From Candidatus Woesearchaeota archaeon (lineage in GTDB: Archaea > Nanobdellota > Nanobdellia > Woesearchaeales > UBA583), in NCBI GenBank assembly GCA_965205335.1, contig OZ242164.1:896001-960000 (forward strand): a stretch of DNA of 64,000 nt. Reading direction: 5' to 3'. The position numbers and the translations under genes were made by a program. How positions within the stretch are numbered: position 1 is the stretch's first letter; every line of letters begins with the position of its first letter. Shown here piece after piece: positions 31,035 to 40,419 of this stretch. The notes below the pieces were generated by a model, which worked only from the letters and a program-made list of their open reading frames with translations, did no database searches and had not been told where the DNA came from.

Positions 31035-31562
31035 TTATTTATCAGAATTAGAACTTTCCTCTGATTCACCTAAAACTTCCACTTTTCCACCTACCGCTTC
31101 AATCTGTGATTTAGCAGGCTCTGAAATATCATTGCATATAACTGTTAACTTTCTTGTAAACTTTCCTCGTCCTAAGATCTTATCAATCTTATATTTAGTT
31201 GAATCAAAAACATCATTTTCAATCATTTTAGAACTAACCATCTTTTCATAATTATCTTCAATATATGATAAAGACATTGTATTACTTGCCTTTTTATGAA
31301 CAGAATTAAATCCCCTTGTACCAAAATATTCATTACCAGCCTTTAATTTTGATAACTTAACTTCTTTCTTTGCTGAGATTGATTTAAGAATTGACTTAGC
31401 ATTTGATAATATACTTGTTTTCTTAGCATCTCCTCTCTTACCAGTACCAGACATTCCAATACCTCCTCTATTCCCAGCACCCCTGTGCTTTTTCTTATGT
31501 CCCCATCCATGTGAAGAACTTCCTCTCATTCTATGGGACTTTGACTTTTTATTCTTTAACAT
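31035..31562 (-). CDS. rpl15: 50S ribosomal protein uL15
   Basis: RGSSSHGWG..KKHRGAGNRGG, KILGRG and IEAVGG motifs. Confidence 0.96.
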   Translation of the reverse strand: MLKNKKSKSHRMRGSSSHGWGHKKKHRGAGNRGGIGMSGTGKRGDAKKTSILSNAKSILKSISAKKEVKLSKLKAGNEYFGTRGFNSVHKKASNTMSLSYIEDNYEKMVSSKMIENDVFDSTKYKIDKILGRGKFTRKLTVICNDISEPAKSQIEAVGGKVEVLGESEESSNSDK

Positions 31563-31605
31563 AAAAAAAGAAACAAAATACAGTTTATAAATATTAAGGT
31601 AGTAT

Positions 31606-32635
31606 GGCTCTGTCCGAAAATTAATTTTTTTAAGGAAGAAGAGATGAAAACACTATTTGATACTAAAACATTATTATTTTTCTTTTGAAAATTATCCAAT
31701 TTTCATAGAAGAAAATTACATAAGAAAGTTTTTTTCTTATGTTATACCACAGAATATTCCATGCTATTTCTCTTTTTTTCATAAAATGTGTCCTACTTCT
31801 GATATTTAGTCCTTGAACTCTCTTCAGGGATGAAAACACACTCTCCACATTGTTCCTTTTATTGTATAATTCTTTATTTTTGTGATATTTTTGTTTGATT
31901 TTACAATGCTTAACGATATTATGTTTAGTTTTTCCATAATTTTTTGGCGGGAAAATCAAATCTATATCTTTTTCTTTGAGATTTTCTAAATGATCAAAGG
32001 AAAAGTATCCTTTATCTGCGACAAGGACACTTTTCCTGACTTTTAATCTTTTGAAAAGTTTGTTTGCAACTTTTGAATCATGCTGATTCTTAACCAAGAA
32101 AGAAAAGTCTATTATTTGTTTAGAGCCTTGCACATCACAAATTATGTCTAATTTATGCCAAGGAGATTTGGGTTCAAATCGTATTCTATGTTTGTAATAA
32201 GTAGTTTTATGGTCTGCATCAATTCCCGAACCATCAATTGCTACAAGTTCTGGGTTGGAATTCTCTAAAGAAAATCTAATCAAATCTCGGATAAAAGAAA
32301 CTGAGAAGGACTTTAACCAATCATGGAGAGTTGATTTTCCTGGAATATGTTTTAGTTGCAACCAATGTTTCCAAGCAGTTAAAACGCCGTCTAAATTGCT
32401 TACGAACCTTCTAAGAGATTTTCCTGATTGGATATATAAGACTATTATAGCAACTCTTTGATAATTATTAAAGAGTTTGCAACCCCTCACAAAATTGTGA
32501 GGCCTTAACCTTAAACTATGACAAAGTTTAAGTATTTCTTTATGTAAACTATTAGTAAAGTTGGTTGTCTTTAGCATAAAAAACTACCAACTTTACACTT
32601 TATTAATTCTTTGATTTGAATTTTCGGACAGAGCC
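31606..32635 (-). mobile_element. IS5-family (IS903-like) insertion sequence, copy 2, 1030 bp
   Basis: Same IRs as copy 1; 8-bp target duplication GGTAGTAT. Confidence 0.95.
31663..32577 (-). CDS. DDE transposase (IS5 family), identical protein to copy 1
   Basis: Identical translation in the ORF track. Confidence 0.93.
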   Translation of the reverse strand: MLKTTNFTNSLHKEILKLCHSLRLRPHNFVRGCKLFNNYQRVAIIVLYIQSGKSLRRFVSNLDGVLTAWKHWLQLKHIPGKSTLHDWLKSFSVSFIRDLIRFSLENSNPELVAIDGSGIDADHKTTYYKHRIRFEPKSPWHKLDIICDVQGSKQIIDFSFLVKNQHDSKVANKLFKRLKVRKSVLVADKGYFSFDHLENLKEKDIDLIFPPKNYGKTKHNIVKHCKIKQKYHKNKELYNKRNNVESVFSSLKRVQGLNIRSRTHFMKKREIAWNILWYNIRKKLSYVIFFYENWIIFKRKIIMF

Positions 32636-32777
32636 GGTAGTATTAGGTGACTTTCTGTACATACTTCAATATCCCAGAATTTAAATATATACAGAGTCAG
32701 GCTAAACTATATTCTGAACATAAAACCACTTAATAATTAATATAGAATTTTTTAATTAAAAAATCTCATCAAAAATT

Positions 32778-34844
32778 ATGCCTAACAAGAACTCACTTGA
32801 CAAAATCTTTTATCCCAAATCCATTGCAGTAATTGGAGCATCCAACGATAAAGAAAAAATAGGAGGATTTATCTTCTTCCAGATAATAAAACAAGGCGAA
32901 ATATCCCCATACCCTATAAATCTCAAATCTGATGAAATACAATATATCAAAGCCTACAAATCAATTTCAGACATAAAAAAGAAAGTAGATTTGACAATAA
33001 TTGCAATCCCAAGTGATTTTGTAAACAATGCAGTTTTAGAATGTGCTAAATTAGCCATTAAAAACATAATAATAATCTCAGCAGGATTCAAAGAAACAGG
33101 AGATATAGGAAAACAGAAAGAAGAAACATTAAAAGAAATCATCTCAAAGTATAATCTAAACATAATTGGGCCAAACTGTCTTGGGATTCTAAACCCTCAG
33201 ATAAACCTTAACTGTTCATTTGCAAAAAACATTCCAAGAATTGGAGATGTGGCATTAATCTCACAAAGCGGGGCAGTAATTGATGCAATTCTTGATTGGA
33301 GTTTCAAGCACAATATAGGATTCTCAAAAATAGTCAGTCTTGGAAATATGGCAGGTGTTGATGAATTACAAATACTTGAATACCTAAAGAACGACAAAAA
33401 AACAAACGCAATCATTTTCTATATGGAAACACTTGAAAAAGGAAAAGAATTTGCACATATCTTAAAAGAAGTCTCAAAAAAAAAGCCAGTTATAATAATC
33501 AAGCCCGGAAAATCTGATAAAGCAAAAAAAGCAATAGGTTCACACACTGGAAGTCTTGCTCAGGATAATATCTTAGTTGAAACTCTAATACATGAAAACA
33601 ATGGAATACTCATTGAAAATCTAAATGAACTATACAACATATTAATTGCCCTTAAAGGAAAAATAAAAAATAACAACAAATTAGCAGTTGTAACAAACGC
33701 AGGAGGAGTTGGAGTTATTGCAACAGACGAACTTTCCTTATCTAACTTTGAATTATACAAACTATCGGACTCACAAAAAAAAGAGATTGCAAAACATCTT
33801 CCCGAAGAGGCAAGCGTTAATAATCCAATTGACATATTAGGAGATGGTAGTTCCCAGAGATATTTTGCAACACTAAAGGAACTTGACAAAATAAATGACT
33901 TGGGAAACATCCTTGTTTTGCTCACTCCCCAGATAATGACAGATTGCACTAATATTGCCAGAAAACTAATTGAATTCTCTCAAAAATCCAATAAAAACAT
34001 ATTTGCAAGCTTTCTTGGAGACAGAGATATTAAAAATGCAGTCACTTGTTTTGATATATATGATTTTCCAAACTTTCAGACCCCTGTAGAAGCAATAAAA
34101 TCAATGGATTACTTACTTAAATACAAGCAGTTCAAATATGAAAAAAATATTAGAAAACATCAAATGAACCTATTGAAAATAAAAAAGATAAACAAAAGAC
34201 TAAAAAACAAAAAAGGGCTTTTAGATTATGAATTATCAAAAGAAATTCTTGGTGTTTTAGGAATTGACATATACTCTAAACAAATAATCAAATCAGAAAA
34301 TGACATAACACAATTAGAATTAAGCCCTCACAGAAAATATGCAATAAAAGTTGATGGAGCTGATTTCATCCACAAAAAAGACATAGGAGGAGTTATAACA
34401 GATATTTCATATCTAGATGTTGAAACCCAGATTAGACATTTATATCATAAATTAAAAAAAACAAACTCCCATTTCTCAATAACTGTTGAAGAAATGGTTT
34501 TCGGAGTTGAAACAATTTGCGGGCTAAAACATGATGAAGAATTGGGAAACTTCATTATGTTTGGAATGGGAGGAACTTATGTTAGTGTCTTTAAGGATAT
34601 AAACTTCTCAACGTGTCCTCTAACAAAAGAATCTGCAAAAAAATTAGTTGAAAAGTCAAAAGTTAATACAATACTAAAAGGATTTAGAGGTTCAAAGTCA
34701 ATTAACTACAATAAACTATATGATGTACTTATTAAACTATCTTACTTGCATGAAACATTTCCACAAATCAAAGAAGTTGATTTCAATCCAGTAATATGCA
34801 ACAACACAGACTGTTATTTAGTTGATGTCAAACTAATTCTATAA
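32778..34844 (+). CDS. acdAB: Acetate-CoA ligase (ADP-forming), fused alpha/beta
   Basis: PKSIAVIGAS, GPNCLG, SQSGA, SHTGSLA, TNAGG and HKKDIGGV motifs. Confidence 0.93.
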   Translation: MPNKNSLDKIFYPKSIAVIGASNDKEKIGGFIFFQIIKQGEISPYPINLKSDEIQYIKAYKSISDIKKKVDLTIIAIPSDFVNNAVLECAKLAIKNIIIISAGFKETGDIGKQKEETLKEIISKYNLNIIGPNCLGILNPQINLNCSFAKNIPRIGDVALISQSGAVIDAILDWSFKHNIGFSKIVSLGNMAGVDELQILEYLKNDKKTNAIIFYMETLEKGKEFAHILKEVSKKKPVIIIKPGKSDKAKKAIGSHTGSLAQDNILVETLIHENNGILIENLNELYNILIALKGKIKNNNKLAVVTNAGGVGVIATDELSLSNFELYKLSDSQKKEIAKHLPEEASVNNPIDILGDGSSQRYFATLKELDKINDLGNILVLLTPQIMTDCTNIARKLIEFSQKSNKNIFASFLGDRDIKNAVTCFDIYDFPNFQTPVEAIKSMDYLLKYKQFKYEKNIRKHQMNLLKIKKINKRLKNKKGLLDYELSKEILGVLGIDIYSKQIIKSENDITQLELSPHRKYAIKVDGADFIHKKDIGGVITDISYLDVETQIRHLYHKLKKTNSHFSITVEEMVFGVETICGLKHDEELGNFIMFGMGGTYVSVFKDINFSTCPLTKESAKKLVEKSKVNTILKGFRGSKSINYNKLYDVLIKLSYLHETFPQIKEVDFNPVICNNTDCYLVDVKLIL

Positions 34845-34868
34845 ATAAAATTCAGACCTTAATTAAAA

Positions 34869-35812
34869 GTGTGTAGTGCAGTGACATATGTCACCACCTC
34901 AACTTTCTCTGAAAGTTGTCAAACTCATAAGAAGGAGTTTGACCAAATAAGCTCTCATGAGGCCTAAAAGCATTGTATCTATATCTAAATAACTCTAAAT
35001 CATTGTTGCAATACTTAATTTCTCTGTCAATTGTTCCAAACAAACGTTCCACTTTTCCATTTGTTTGAGGACGGTTAACTCTAGTTCTAATGTGCTTAAT
35101 CCCTCTTCTTTGACGCCATTTATCAAACTTAGACTTCTTACTTGTGAGTCCATATGGTGCTCCATTGTCACTGATTATTTGATTAGAATTTCCAAATTTC
35201 TTGATTAAATTATCAAGAAACTGTGTTACAATTGGCGTTGTAACAGTTGGAACGTGTAAAATACCTAAACAATAACGAGTGGCATCATCAATGACTGCAA
35301 TTATTTTACCTTTTTCACCAAATTCACTGTCATCAATATGCCAAAGTGAATTTGAGTGTTTACGTTCGAAACGAACGTATTTAACCTGAGACCCTCTATT
35401 TCCTTCTTTACGAGTTAAATTATTCTCTCTAAGAACTTTATTAATGGTTCTCTCTGAAATATCCAGATTAGGTGGGATTTTATGAAGCTTTTTAGATCCC
35501 CAACCAGTTTTATATCGAAGATTTAAAATTGCTTTCTCATCTTCTAAAGTAACTTTGTAATAGATCTTGTTTGGTCTTGTAGACTTATCTTGATAATCCC
35601 ATATTTCTTTATCAAAACGTTGTTGCCAACGTTTTAAAGTACGAATACTTACAAAGTATTTGCACTTCTCAGCAAGTATTTTCTTGCATTTAGAATAAGA
35701 GTTTTGTTTAACTCTTAGTTTTATGAAAACTTTCCTAATTTCGTATTTTTTCATAAAATTAACAAGAATTGTTAATTTTTAGACTGGTGACATATGTCAC
35801 TGCACTACACAC
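34869..35812 (-). mobile_element. IS481-family insertion sequence
   Basis: Perfect 28-bp IR GTGTGTAGTGCAGTGACATATGTCACCA; flanking direct repeat CTTAATTAAAA. Confidence 0.9.
34891..35754 (-). CDS. IS481-family transposase (rve integrase core)
   Basis: LWHID, VIDDATRY, SDNGA, PQTNGKVER and YN..RPH..L...TP motifs. Confidence 0.93.
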   Translation of the reverse strand: MKKYEIRKVFIKLRVKQNSYSKCKKILAEKCKYFVSIRTLKRWQQRFDKEIWDYQDKSTRPNKIYYKVTLEDEKAILNLRYKTGWGSKKLHKIPPNLDISERTINKVLRENNLTRKEGNRGSQVKYVRFERKHSNSLWHIDDSEFGEKGKIIAVIDDATRYCLGILHVPTVTTPIVTQFLDNLIKKFGNSNQIISDNGAPYGLTSKKSKFDKWRQRRGIKHIRTRVNRPQTNGKVERLFGTIDREIKYCNNDLELFRYRYNAFRPHESLFGQTPSYEFDNFQRKLRW

Positions 35813-35861
35813 CTTAATTAAAATAGTAAAATTTAAAAAATATGAAAATCCTAATATAATA

Positions 35862-36677
35862 ATGGGTTACAAAGATTTAAAGAATTTTCAAGGAATATTT
35901 GAAAGAGAAGATTTCGACTATATTTCTAATAGTGATAAGATAGATGAGATTAGAGATACTATCCGTAAAATTTCATATCCATTAAATAATGGTCAAAAAG
36001 AACAATATGTAGAAAAAATAAAAAAATTCTTGGAAAACTTAACTTCTTTCTATGAATTTCTAACAGATTACAGAAGAAAGAAGAAAGTAGACAATTCTGA
36101 GATAGATATGAGTTATACTATTATTTATGGGACATTAGCATCTTGCGTTAGGATTTTTTCTGAGCCTGATGAGAGAAGAAAGAGCATATCAAAAAATTAT
36201 CAGAAAAAATTCAATAAAGAGTTTATATATGGCTTAACACAATTACTTAAAGGAATAAGAGATGCATTTGAACCAGAGAACATTTCTTCTACTGGCATTA
36301 ACAGAGATCAACTTGCCAGATATATTTTAGAAAAAAAAGAAGGTTTAGGTAAAAAATATCTGTTTAATAAGCAAGGAACATATGGATTTGCACAGAAGAT
36401 TAATACATTAAGTAAGCGAGATCTTATATCAACTGAGAAACTTTTAGTTAGACCATCTGAGCGACAAGTTAGAACAATTAATGGTTGGAGGGATTTAGGT
36501 TCAAACCAAGATAGAGTAAGAATCCTATGTGTTGTACATAGAAGTTCAATAATAGATAAATTAAGAAAGTTCCCAATAGTTAAGGTTTATTACTTATTTC
36601 TTGTAACCGAACATCCAGAATATAAACAAAAATTAACTGGAGAATCTCCAAATGAGGCATTTTTTAAAGCAGCATAA
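35862..36677 (+). CDS. Hypothetical protein (start moved to ATG 35862)
   Basis: ORF-track start lies inside the IS; TTTAAAAA at 35832 precedes ATG 35862. Confidence 0.7.
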   Translation: MGYKDLKNFQGIFEREDFDYISNSDKIDEIRDTIRKISYPLNNGQKEQYVEKIKKFLENLTSFYEFLTDYRRKKKVDNSEIDMSYTIIYGTLASCVRIFSEPDERRKSISKNYQKKFNKEFIYGLTQLLKGIRDAFEPENISSTGINRDQLARYILEKKEGLGKKYLFNKQGTYGFAQKINTLSKRDLISTEKLLVRPSERQVRTINGWRDLGSNQDRVRILCVVHRSSIIDKLRKFPIVKVYYLFLVTEHPEYKQKLTGESPNEAFFKAA

Positions 36678-36691
36678 CTATCTTATTTGGA

Positions 36692-37962
36692 TTACCACTT
36701 AAAAAGCATTATGCCAAGCAAAGAACTTAATCCAAGAAGAATAAAATACTGCGACTTTAATTTGGTTTTCTCGTTTTGAGACTCAAACACTATTTCATCA
36801 TCTTCCACCTCTTTTTCTTCTCCTTTCTCTGAACTTAACGTAGAACTCCCATTTTCATCAGTAGAATCCAATAAAATAGAATCATTTTCAAATTCCATAA
36901 TTCCCGACTTAGAATCTTCATTAACTGAAAAAATAAAACTCTCTGATACATACTTAAAAGTCTTTAAATCTGATTTCTTATACTTACAAATTAAACTTAA
37001 ATTATATGAAACTCTTTTCTCCTTTTCCTCTAACTTTGAAATATTTATTAGTAATGAAATTTCTGAAACATTCTGTGTTATATTATAAACATTTGAAACT
37101 TTTGTTCTTACATATCTGGTATAGCAATCTCCCTCATAACTATCTAAATTTGTATATATTTCAAAAATTAGGACTGAATTATTTACCCTTAGACTCGTCA
37201 AATTAAAATACTGTTTTTCCCTTGTGTCTTTAGCATCATCTCTTTCGAAAGTGCTATTTGTTTTGTTTATCTCATCTTCTCTGCTTGGTATAGTTATTAC
37301 CTCTTTCTCATCAAGTCCTGAAATTGTAATTACATTCTTTGAATTATTTATGGGCAACTTAATTTTTCCCTTAATTTTTGAATATTTCCCTATCTCAGTC
37401 TGAAATATCTTATTAGAGTTTAAATAAAAATAAACTGTTCTCTTTGAAGTATCTCCTCTATAAATCTCATACACAAGTTCATTTGTTCTATGATTTAAAA
37501 TATCATTTTCATTTTCATAATTAAAATTTAATGTTTCTCCATCTTTGAAAGTGTAGGTTTTATCCTTTATCCACGATACATTTGTTTCATTACTAATTTG
37601 AATCGTAAGATCTTCACCTGAGACCTTCAAACCTCCATTTGAAACCTGAGTTCCACCTGTTATGTATATGGTGCAATTTAAAAACTTATATTATTTGATT
37701 CATTATTTTTAAAATCCTTTCCAATAATTAGAGTATAGTTAGATTGAAAGGATTTCAGAAGAGATAATGTGTTGAACTTAGATATTCCATTATCATCATA
37801 TACTTTCATTTCTGTTAAATTTAACGTTTCATTTGAGTATATTTCAACGAACTCATCACCCTTAAATTTTATCTCGTTTATGTATACAAAAGAATGGACT
37901 GAACTCATTAAAAAGAACGAAATCAAGACTGAAAAAATAAAAAGACCATTTATCATAGACAA
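36692..37962 (-). pseudogene. Secreted lamin-tail-domain-like protein with C-terminal anchor, split by a 1-nt frameshift
   Basis: Signal peptide, YINEI..DEFVEIY; adding one base to the A5 run at 37680-37684 joins the two ORFs. Confidence 0.7.
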
Positions 37963-38088
37963 ATATAATTTATCTCAAATTTAAAATTCTTTAAATCTAT
38001 TTTTTGAAAAAATTCGTAAAATAAACTTATCTTTTAAAAATAATTAATATAAGTTAAATTATTAAATAAAGGAACACTTATATTAATA

Positions 38089-38616
38089 ATGGCTGCAAAT
38101 CTTTTACAATCATACTCAATAGGGAGACTGAATGGGGAGAGAAGATATTTAAGAGATAATAAATATACTTCAATTGGATACTTTTGCGAATCGCCCACCG
38201 ATACATGTGGACATGAGTTTCCGATGTCTCTTTTTAATTTAGAGGTCATTAAGAAGGGAATAATTACTATTAAAATGTCACCAGGATTTTTAATGGCAGC
38301 AGGAACCATGCCTAATTTATTTTTAAGCTATATTTCATCTTCTTATGAAATGGACCCTTATAGAAGAGGTTCTCTTAAGGTGTGTGATGTGAATGCAGAA
38401 ATAGATTCAATAGAAAGGGAAGGAGGAGGTTTTAATGAGAAGAATTTATTACAAGGATTTGGCGATTTACCTTTGAAATTTGGAGTATATGAAATTTTTG
38501 TACTGGGAAAATATGAAGAATCATTAGTTAATAAGATTGAAAAAGAATTTCCAAAATTTAACGTTGAAAGAAATACATCTAAAGCTCTTCTAGAAGGTGT
38601 AATCCTTCAAACATAA
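38089..38616 (+). CDS. Hypothetical protein
   Basis: 175-aa ORF, 3' end overlaps gatA convergently. Confidence 0.6.
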   Translation: MAANLLQSYSIGRLNGERRYLRDNKYTSIGYFCESPTDTCGHEFPMSLFNLEVIKKGIITIKMSPGFLMAAGTMPNLFLSYISSSYEMDPYRRGSLKVCDVNAEIDSIEREGGGFNEKNLLQGFGDLPLKFGVYEIFVLGKYEESLVNKIEKEFPKFNVERNTSKALLEGVILQT

Positions 38617-39961
38617 CTTCTTCTCTGAATTTATTTGCAAGTATCTGAGTTCCTATTGAAATTTTCTCTCCATTCTCATCTATTGTATCCTTGCAGATAA
38701 CTCCTGCGCATATCCCTGCTAGATTTACTGGTATTGTAAAAGCATCGTATGCATACATTTGTTCAACTGTAATATCTGAGCCTAATTTATGTGGAATACT
38801 TGGGGTTACAGGACATAAAATAAAATCAACTTTCTTAAATGCTTTCTCAAATTCTGATGCGATTACTTCCTTTACTCTTAGAGCTTTCTTGTAATAAGCA
38901 CCATCAAATTCAGACTTAGATATTTCCATACCTCCAAAAATTCTTCTCTTTACTTCATCTCCACCTGAATCTTCGATTTTCTCCCCATATTTAATACCAT
39001 CAAACTTTCTTGTTCCCGAGAAAAACTCCGTATAAACTATCGGATAATATGCCTGAATTGCCAAATCAATATTTTTAATCTCTAATTCAATTATCTCATG
39101 TCCTTTTGATTTCAGAGCATTGATTTTATCTAAATAAATCTGCTTTATCCTCTCATCTCTTATAAAACTTTCGAAGACTTTAATAACTCCTATCTTGTAT
39201 TTCTTCTTTAACTTGCACTCAGTATATTTGGGAGTTTTAATATCTTCTGTAATCGGGTCATTTAAAGACTTTTTTGCGATTACTTCCAACATTAACTCAC
39301 AACCATATAAATTCTGTGAAAGGGGTCCTATTTGGTCTAAACTCATAGATAAATCCACCAAGCCATATCTTGAAACTCTTCCATAGCTGGGCTTAATTCC
39401 TATTACTGCGCAATGTGACGCGGGGTTTCTAATACTGCCTCCTGTGTCTGAACCCAACGCAATATCGCACAGACCTGATGAAACTGCTGCTGCAGAACCA
39501 GACGATGAACCACCAGGCACTCTTCCCTTTGAGTATGGATTATCTGTATTTCCAAAGGCGCTATTTTCACCTGAAGAACCTGATGCAAATTCATCATTAT
39601 TTGTAACACCTATAATTATTCCATCCTCCTCTTCAATTGCTCTTACAACATCCGCGTCAAAAGAACCCCTGTAATTTTCAAGTGTTTTTGAAGCGCATGA
39701 TATAAACATATCTTTTTTTGAAATATTAGACTTAATAGCAATACAAAGGCCAAAAAGAGAGCCTAATTTTTCTTCCTTTTCTCTTTTCTCATCTAATTTC
39801 TTTGCAATCTCTTCTGCTTTCTCATTAATCTGCAGAAAAATATTATACTTTGAGTTCTTTTTTTTTATATTTGCTAAAAAATCATGAGTATTCTTTAAGC
39901 AAGTTAATTTTCCTGTCTTTAAATCTTCTAATTTCTTTTTTATATCAGTATTGCAAACCAT
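38579..39961 (-). CDS. gatA: Asp/Glu-tRNA amidotransferase subunit A
   Basis: PGGSSSGSAAAV, GSDTGGSIRNPA, KPSYGRVSRYG and EVKRRI motifs. Confidence 0.95.
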   Translation of the reverse strand: MVCNTDIKKKLEDLKTGKLTCLKNTHDFLANIKKKNSKYNIFLQINEKAEEIAKKLDEKREKEEKLGSLFGLCIAIKSNISKKDMFISCASKTLENYRGSFDADVVRAIEEEDGIIIGVTNNDEFASGSSGENSAFGNTDNPYSKGRVPGGSSSGSAAAVSSGLCDIALGSDTGGSIRNPASHCAVIGIKPSYGRVSRYGLVDLSMSLDQIGPLSQNLYGCELMLEVIAKKSLNDPITEDIKTPKYTECKLKKKYKIGVIKVFESFIRDERIKQIYLDKINALKSKGHEIIELEIKNIDLAIQAYYPIVYTEFFSGTRKFDGIKYGEKIEDSGGDEVKRRIFGGMEISKSEFDGAYYKKALRVKEVIASEFEKAFKKVDFILCPVTPSIPHKLGSDITVEQMYAYDAFTIPVNLAGICAGVICKDTIDENGEKISIGTQILANKFREEVMFEGLHLLEEL

Positions 39962-40419
39962 ATCTAAGTTATTTTAATACATTATATAAAACTTATCATA
40001 AAAATATTTTAATGGGATTTCAGGTTAAAATAAAATATTTAATGGGTGCATAAACACAATATTAAATAATTAATAATGAATTTTAAATAATAGAAATAGT
40101 TATTAATGAATGGAAATATTTTTTTAATCTTTATATTTACTTATTTTTTTATTTCTATTCGTTAATATTCTTTAATTTAGTAGATATTCTCCAATATTTA
40201 AAAAAACAAGAAAAATATTACAAAAATCAAAAAAAGATATTTTTCTATACAAATTTAATGTATTTTTTCTTAATATAAATAAAAGAGAATGGAAACGTTT
40301 TTTTAGCGCTTATATTCCCTTTATTTCTTATTTATATTTATTAAAACTCTTAAATTCAGTAATAAACATAATAAAAGCAATTGAACAAGATATATAAATA
40401 AGAAGTTAATTAATATGTT

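Noticed and set aside
35769-35861. N-terminal extension of the ORF after IS481
   Set aside because: It runs through the IS inverted repeat; the true start is likely 35862
37678-37684. Programmed frameshift or phase variation in the lamin-tail gene
   Set aside because: Only a 5-nt homopolymer with no slippery-site structure; sequencing error or simple mutation is more likely
40050-40400. Very AT-rich gap as replication origin or gene
   Set aside because: No ORB-like repeats or cdc6 nearby; frames contain multiple stops, so at most a decayed membrane-protein gene
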